From NCBI GenBank assembly GCA_029547805.1, contig JAKPOP010000015.1, forward strand, positions 21,556-85,555: a stretch of DNA of 64,000 nt, in the 5' to 3' direction. The position numbers and the translations under genes are program-made. Within the stretch, counting starts at the first letter, position 1, and each line of letters begins with the position of its first letter. This document shows, one piece after another, positions 61,663-64,000 of this stretch. Under the pieces are notes generated by a model, which made no database searches, was not told where the DNA came from, and was given only the letters and a program-made list of their open reading frames with translations. Origin of the DNA: Deltaproteobacteria bacterium. Its GTDB lineage: Bacteria; Myxococcota_A; UBA9042; DTJE01.

Positions 61663-62967
61663 ATGCCGCCGCCCTTCGATGCGACCCTGAGGCTCTCCCC
61701 GACCTTCATGGACGGGGTCTTCCTGTCGGTGGCGGCCATCCCGGACGCGGCGCTCCTCTATGTCGGATCCACCTGCATCAACGAGCACTTCCGCCACAGT
61801 CTGCAACTGGCCGACTGGGGCCAGGACCTCCTGCGGGATGGCCAGCAGAGCCGACTGCTGCTGACCTTCAGCGACAAGACCGTGGCCCCGATGGGCGTGG
61901 GTCACCAGGTCGATCTGGTGGTCCGGCGGATGTTGCCGACGATGCGCCCCGCATTGCTGGTCCTGGCCGAACTCACCCGCGTGACGCTGGCCGGCGAGGA
62001 CCTGGAGACGCTGGCGGAGTCGGTCACGGGGGAGACGGGGCTCCCGACGATCGCTGCGACGAGCCGACTCCTGGTCCGGGACTGGCAGACGGCCTTCCGG
62101 CGCATCCTGGTCGGGCTCGCGGAGGGGATCCCAGATGCGGCCTTCGAGGGAGGCCCGGTTCCGGGAACCGTGGCGGTGATCGGCCACCTCTTCCAACGAA
62201 ACGAGGCGGATCAGCACGCCGATGTCCGGGAGTGGAAAACCCTCCTGCGCATGGCCGGGCTGGAGCCCCTGTCCATCTGGCTGTCCCGGGAGACGGTCCC
62301 CGAGCTGCACCGTGCGGCCCGGGCCTCGTGGCTGGTGGCATTGCCCCAGGGGCGGGAGGCGGCGCGTCGCATCGCCCGGCGGTCCGGAGCGCAGGTGATT
62401 GACCTGGACCTGCCGATCGGGCTCCAGGGCACCGAGGAGGTCGTATTGCGGCTGGCCGATGCCAGTGGGAATGAGGGCCCGGCCCGGACCCGCCTGGACG
62501 AGGCATTGCGCGCGGTGCTGCCCCTGGTGGATCAGGCTGCGGGTCACCGGCTGGCGGGACGGAGGGTGGCCCTGGCGGCACTGCCGGACTGGTCGGATGG
62601 CACTGCGCGGATGTTCCGGGAGGACTTCGGGCTCGACGTCGCCGCGACGACGCGACGTTGTCGGCTGATCACCCCCGAAGAGGAGGCGGCGGGGGTCTCC
62701 CAGGACCTCCTCCGGGACCACGACCCCAGCGTGGCGTCCTGGAATGAGGTCCTGCGACGGGCGATGGACGAGGGTCCCCTGGACCTGATCGTGGGCAGTT
62801 CCTGGGAGCGAAACGCCCTTCAGGGTCTCGTGACGAAGGTTCCCTTCGTGGAGTTCGGGTATCCCTGTCTATCCTGGCACGACCTGGTGGGCCTCCCGGG
62901 AATGGGACTGGGGGGCGTGGTGGCCTGGGCCCATCGCCTGTGCGCCGCACTGGAGGACCGTTTCTGA
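61663..62967 (+). CDS. Nitrogenase component-1-like subunit, small (434 aa), copy 2
   Basis: YVGSTCINEHF (compare the BchN/ChlN VGSRTC motif), VAVIGHLFQRNEAD and LPQGREAARRIARRSGAQ...LPIGLQGT. It is a paralogue of 55080..56375. Confidence 0.75.
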   Translation: MPPPFDATLRLSPTFMDGVFLSVAAIPDAALLYVGSTCINEHFRHSLQLADWGQDLLRDGQQSRLLLTFSDKTVAPMGVGHQVDLVVRRMLPTMRPALLVLAELTRVTLAGEDLETLAESVTGETGLPTIAATSRLLVRDWQTAFRRILVGLAEGIPDAAFEGGPVPGTVAVIGHLFQRNEADQHADVREWKTLLRMAGLEPLSIWLSRETVPELHRAARASWLVALPQGREAARRIARRSGAQVIDLDLPIGLQGTEEVVLRLADASGNEGPARTRLDEALRAVLPLVDQAAGHRLAGRRVALAALPDWSDGTARMFREDFGLDVAATTRRCRLITPEEEAAGVSQDLLRDHDPSVASWNEVLRRAMDEGPLDLIVGSSWERNALQGLVTKVPFVEFGYPCLSWHDLVGLPGMGLGGVVAWAHRLCAALEDRF

Positions 62968-63054
62968 CCGGTCTTCGCCGCTGAGAGGACCCTTGCGCCC
63001 GGTGCCGCTTTGGGACACCATGACCGGGAACGTCTTTCTTGAGGAGGTTCGACC

Positions 63055-64000
63055 ATGCGACATGGCGGTTGGCTGGTGTTGGCCTTGCTGTGGGCCGCCT
63101 GCGGGTCCAGTTCGGGCGGAGACGACCTCGGTGCGCGGGATGTCCCTTCCGACACGGAGGTGCCCAGCCTCACCGATCTGCCCGCCGGGGCCGAGGAATC
63201 GATGGACGCCCAGGACCTGGGCGAGGCACCGGACCATCAGGAGATCGGCCCCGATTTCACCGTGGTGACCTACAACACGGGCCTGGCGGTGGGCTACGTG
63301 GACTGGGCCCCCCAGCGCGTGCCCTTCATCGGAGAGGCGATCCGGTCCCTGGAGGCCGACGTGGTCTGCCTGCAAGAGGTCTGGGCCGATATGGACGGGG
63401 ACGCCATCATCCAGGCGACCTCCACGGTCTTCCCCCACTCCTTCCGCATGCTGACCTCCGACGAAAGTGGCGGAGAAGCGGCCGCCTGCACGTCCCAGGA
63501 ACTGGATCCCCTGGCGGCCTGCACCCGAGACCACTGCAGCGACGTCCCGCCCGAGAACCTGGCGAACTGCGTGCTCGGGAACTGCGGCGACCAGTTCAAC
63601 GCCATCAGCAGCACCTGCCAGACCTGCCTTGTGAGCCAGTTGGGCAACACCCTGGACGACATGGTTGCTGCGTGCAGCGGGGGGGCCGGGGGACAGTATG
63701 CCTACGGTGGGCGCAACGGCCTCCTGCTGCTCTCGCGACACCCACTGACGAACCAGGAGACGCTGGTCTTCGAGTCCTACCTGAACCGCCGGGTGGCGCT
63801 GCATGTCGTGGTGCAGGACCCCAGCCTGGGGGCCGTGGACGTCTACTGCACCCACCTCACGGCGGACCTCTCGGACGTCCCCTACGGCGGCACGAAGGGG
63901 TCCTGGGGCGCGGAGCAGGGCCTCCAGGTCGATGCGTTGACCCAATGGGTGGAACAGACCCGCTCCGCGGTGGTCGTGGTGGTGGCCGGGGACATGAACT
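63055..64000 (+). CDS. Endonuclease/exonuclease/phosphatase (EEP)-family lipoprotein, 5' part; continues past the window end
   Basis: Hand translation from ATG 63055 (GAGGAGG upstream) reads MRHGGWLVLALLWAACGSSSGG... (a lipobox). Further on: FTVVTYNTGLAVG..., VVCLQEVW, LLLSRHPL and VVVVVAGDMN, which are EEP-like catalytic strand motifs. No stop occurs before position 64000. Confidence 0.7.
   Translation, partial: MRHGGWLVLALLWAACGSSSGGDDLGARDVPSDTEVPSLTDLPAGAEESMDAQDLGEAPDHQEIGPDFTVVTYNTGLAVGYVDWAPQRVPFIGEAIRSLEADVVCLQEVWADMDGDAIIQATSTVFPHSFRMLTSDESGGEAAACTSQELDPLAACTRDHCSDVPPENLANCVLGNCGDQFNAISSTCQTCLVSQLGNTLDDMVAACSGGAGGQYAYGGRNGLLLLSRHPLTNQETLVFESYLNRRVALHVVVQDPSLGAVDVYCTHLTADLSDVPYGGTKGSWGAEQGLQVDALTQWVEQTRSAVVVVVAGDMN

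Noticed and set aside
59223-62721. Long minus-strand ORFs (59223..61739, 838 aa; 60784..62721, 645 aa) across the plus-strand Nfl operon, plus analogous plus-strand ORFs (56420..57157, 57593..58729) across the minus operon.
   Set aside because: Their composition is R/P/G-dominated, and the opposite frames carry conserved NifH and component-1 motifs. They are treated as artefacts of G+C content.
54239-62967. Interpretation as a genuine Mo/V/Fe nitrogenase (nifHDK plus nifEN) or as DPOR plus COR (bchLNB plus bchXYZ).
   Set aside because: No nifB/V/Q or bch/chl/photosynthesis genes are present. The component-1-like proteins have ~290-aa N-terminal extensions and a depleted Cys set. The NifH-like proteins carry CAGRG/CAGRA rather than the CGG context I recall for BchL/BchX. 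The gene order and sizes do not fit either system. A formal phylogeny is still needed.
1-64000. CRISPR arrays, tandem repeats, IS elements, integrases, and rRNA/tRNA genes.
   Set aside because: Visual scanning of the intergenic regions and ORF translations found no regularly spaced direct repeats, no transposase- or integrase-like ORFs, and no structured RNA signatures. A computational scan (tRNAscan-SE, Infernal/Rfam, CRISPR finders) would be needed to exclude small RNAs.

Overview
This 64-kb window comes from a high-G+C bacterial chromosome (about 70% G+C by eye; taxon not assignable from sequence alone). It is densely coding, and many adjacent genes are translationally coupled through 4-nt ATGA/GTGA start-stop overlaps. 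I found no rRNA, tRNA, CRISPR array, transposase or integrase.

Content in order:
1. recC and the start of recB (minus strand).
2. A compact, heavily fused shikimate operon: aroD, an aroE-aroK fusion, aroA, and one reading frame joining chorismate synthase, chorismate mutase and DAHP synthase.
3. A bacterial mevalonate-pathway cluster: mvk, a divergent polyprenyl synthase, type-2 IDI, mvaD, pmk and a class-II HMG-CoA reductase. No HMG-CoA synthase is in the window.
4. Small accessory genes, then an operon of a membrane protein, a membrane-anchored NTPase, a lipoprotein and a TonB-dependent receptor.
5. A thiol-redox operon: an ArsR-type regulator, trxA, a Trx-like/Grx fusion, an orphan groES, a Trx-like protein and trxB. 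A convergent OsmC gene follows.
6. An arsRBC-type arsenic operon, followed by a lower-G+C type II restriction-modification island (a COG1743/DUF1156-like, zinc-ribbon-rich methylase plus a PD-ExK nuclease).
7. A myo-inositol-type catabolic locus (iolE-like, Gfo/Idh/MocA, OPA-family MFS, LacI, iolA, a transaldolase-family gene, iolB, iolD, iolC) with two LacI-type palindromes.
8. A nikR-linked Ni/Co uptake locus: two lipoproteins, a TonB-dependent receptor, an ECF S-like component, a SAM methyltransferase, and CbiQ and CbiO.
9. The most interesting region, 52.0-63.0 kb: two divergently transcribed, paralogous nitrogenase-like gene sets. Each has a NifH-type ATPase, a ~700-aa component-1-like subunit with a ~290-aa N-terminal extension, and a ~430-aa component-1-like subunit. 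One set is followed by a 721-aa radical-SAM-like protein with a CX5CX2C motif. No known nif, bch, cfb or mar accessory genes are present. I regard this as an uncharacterised nitrogenase-like (Nfl) double reductase system.

All calls rest on reading the supplied translations, motif recognition from memory and hand-checked start codons. No database search was run.
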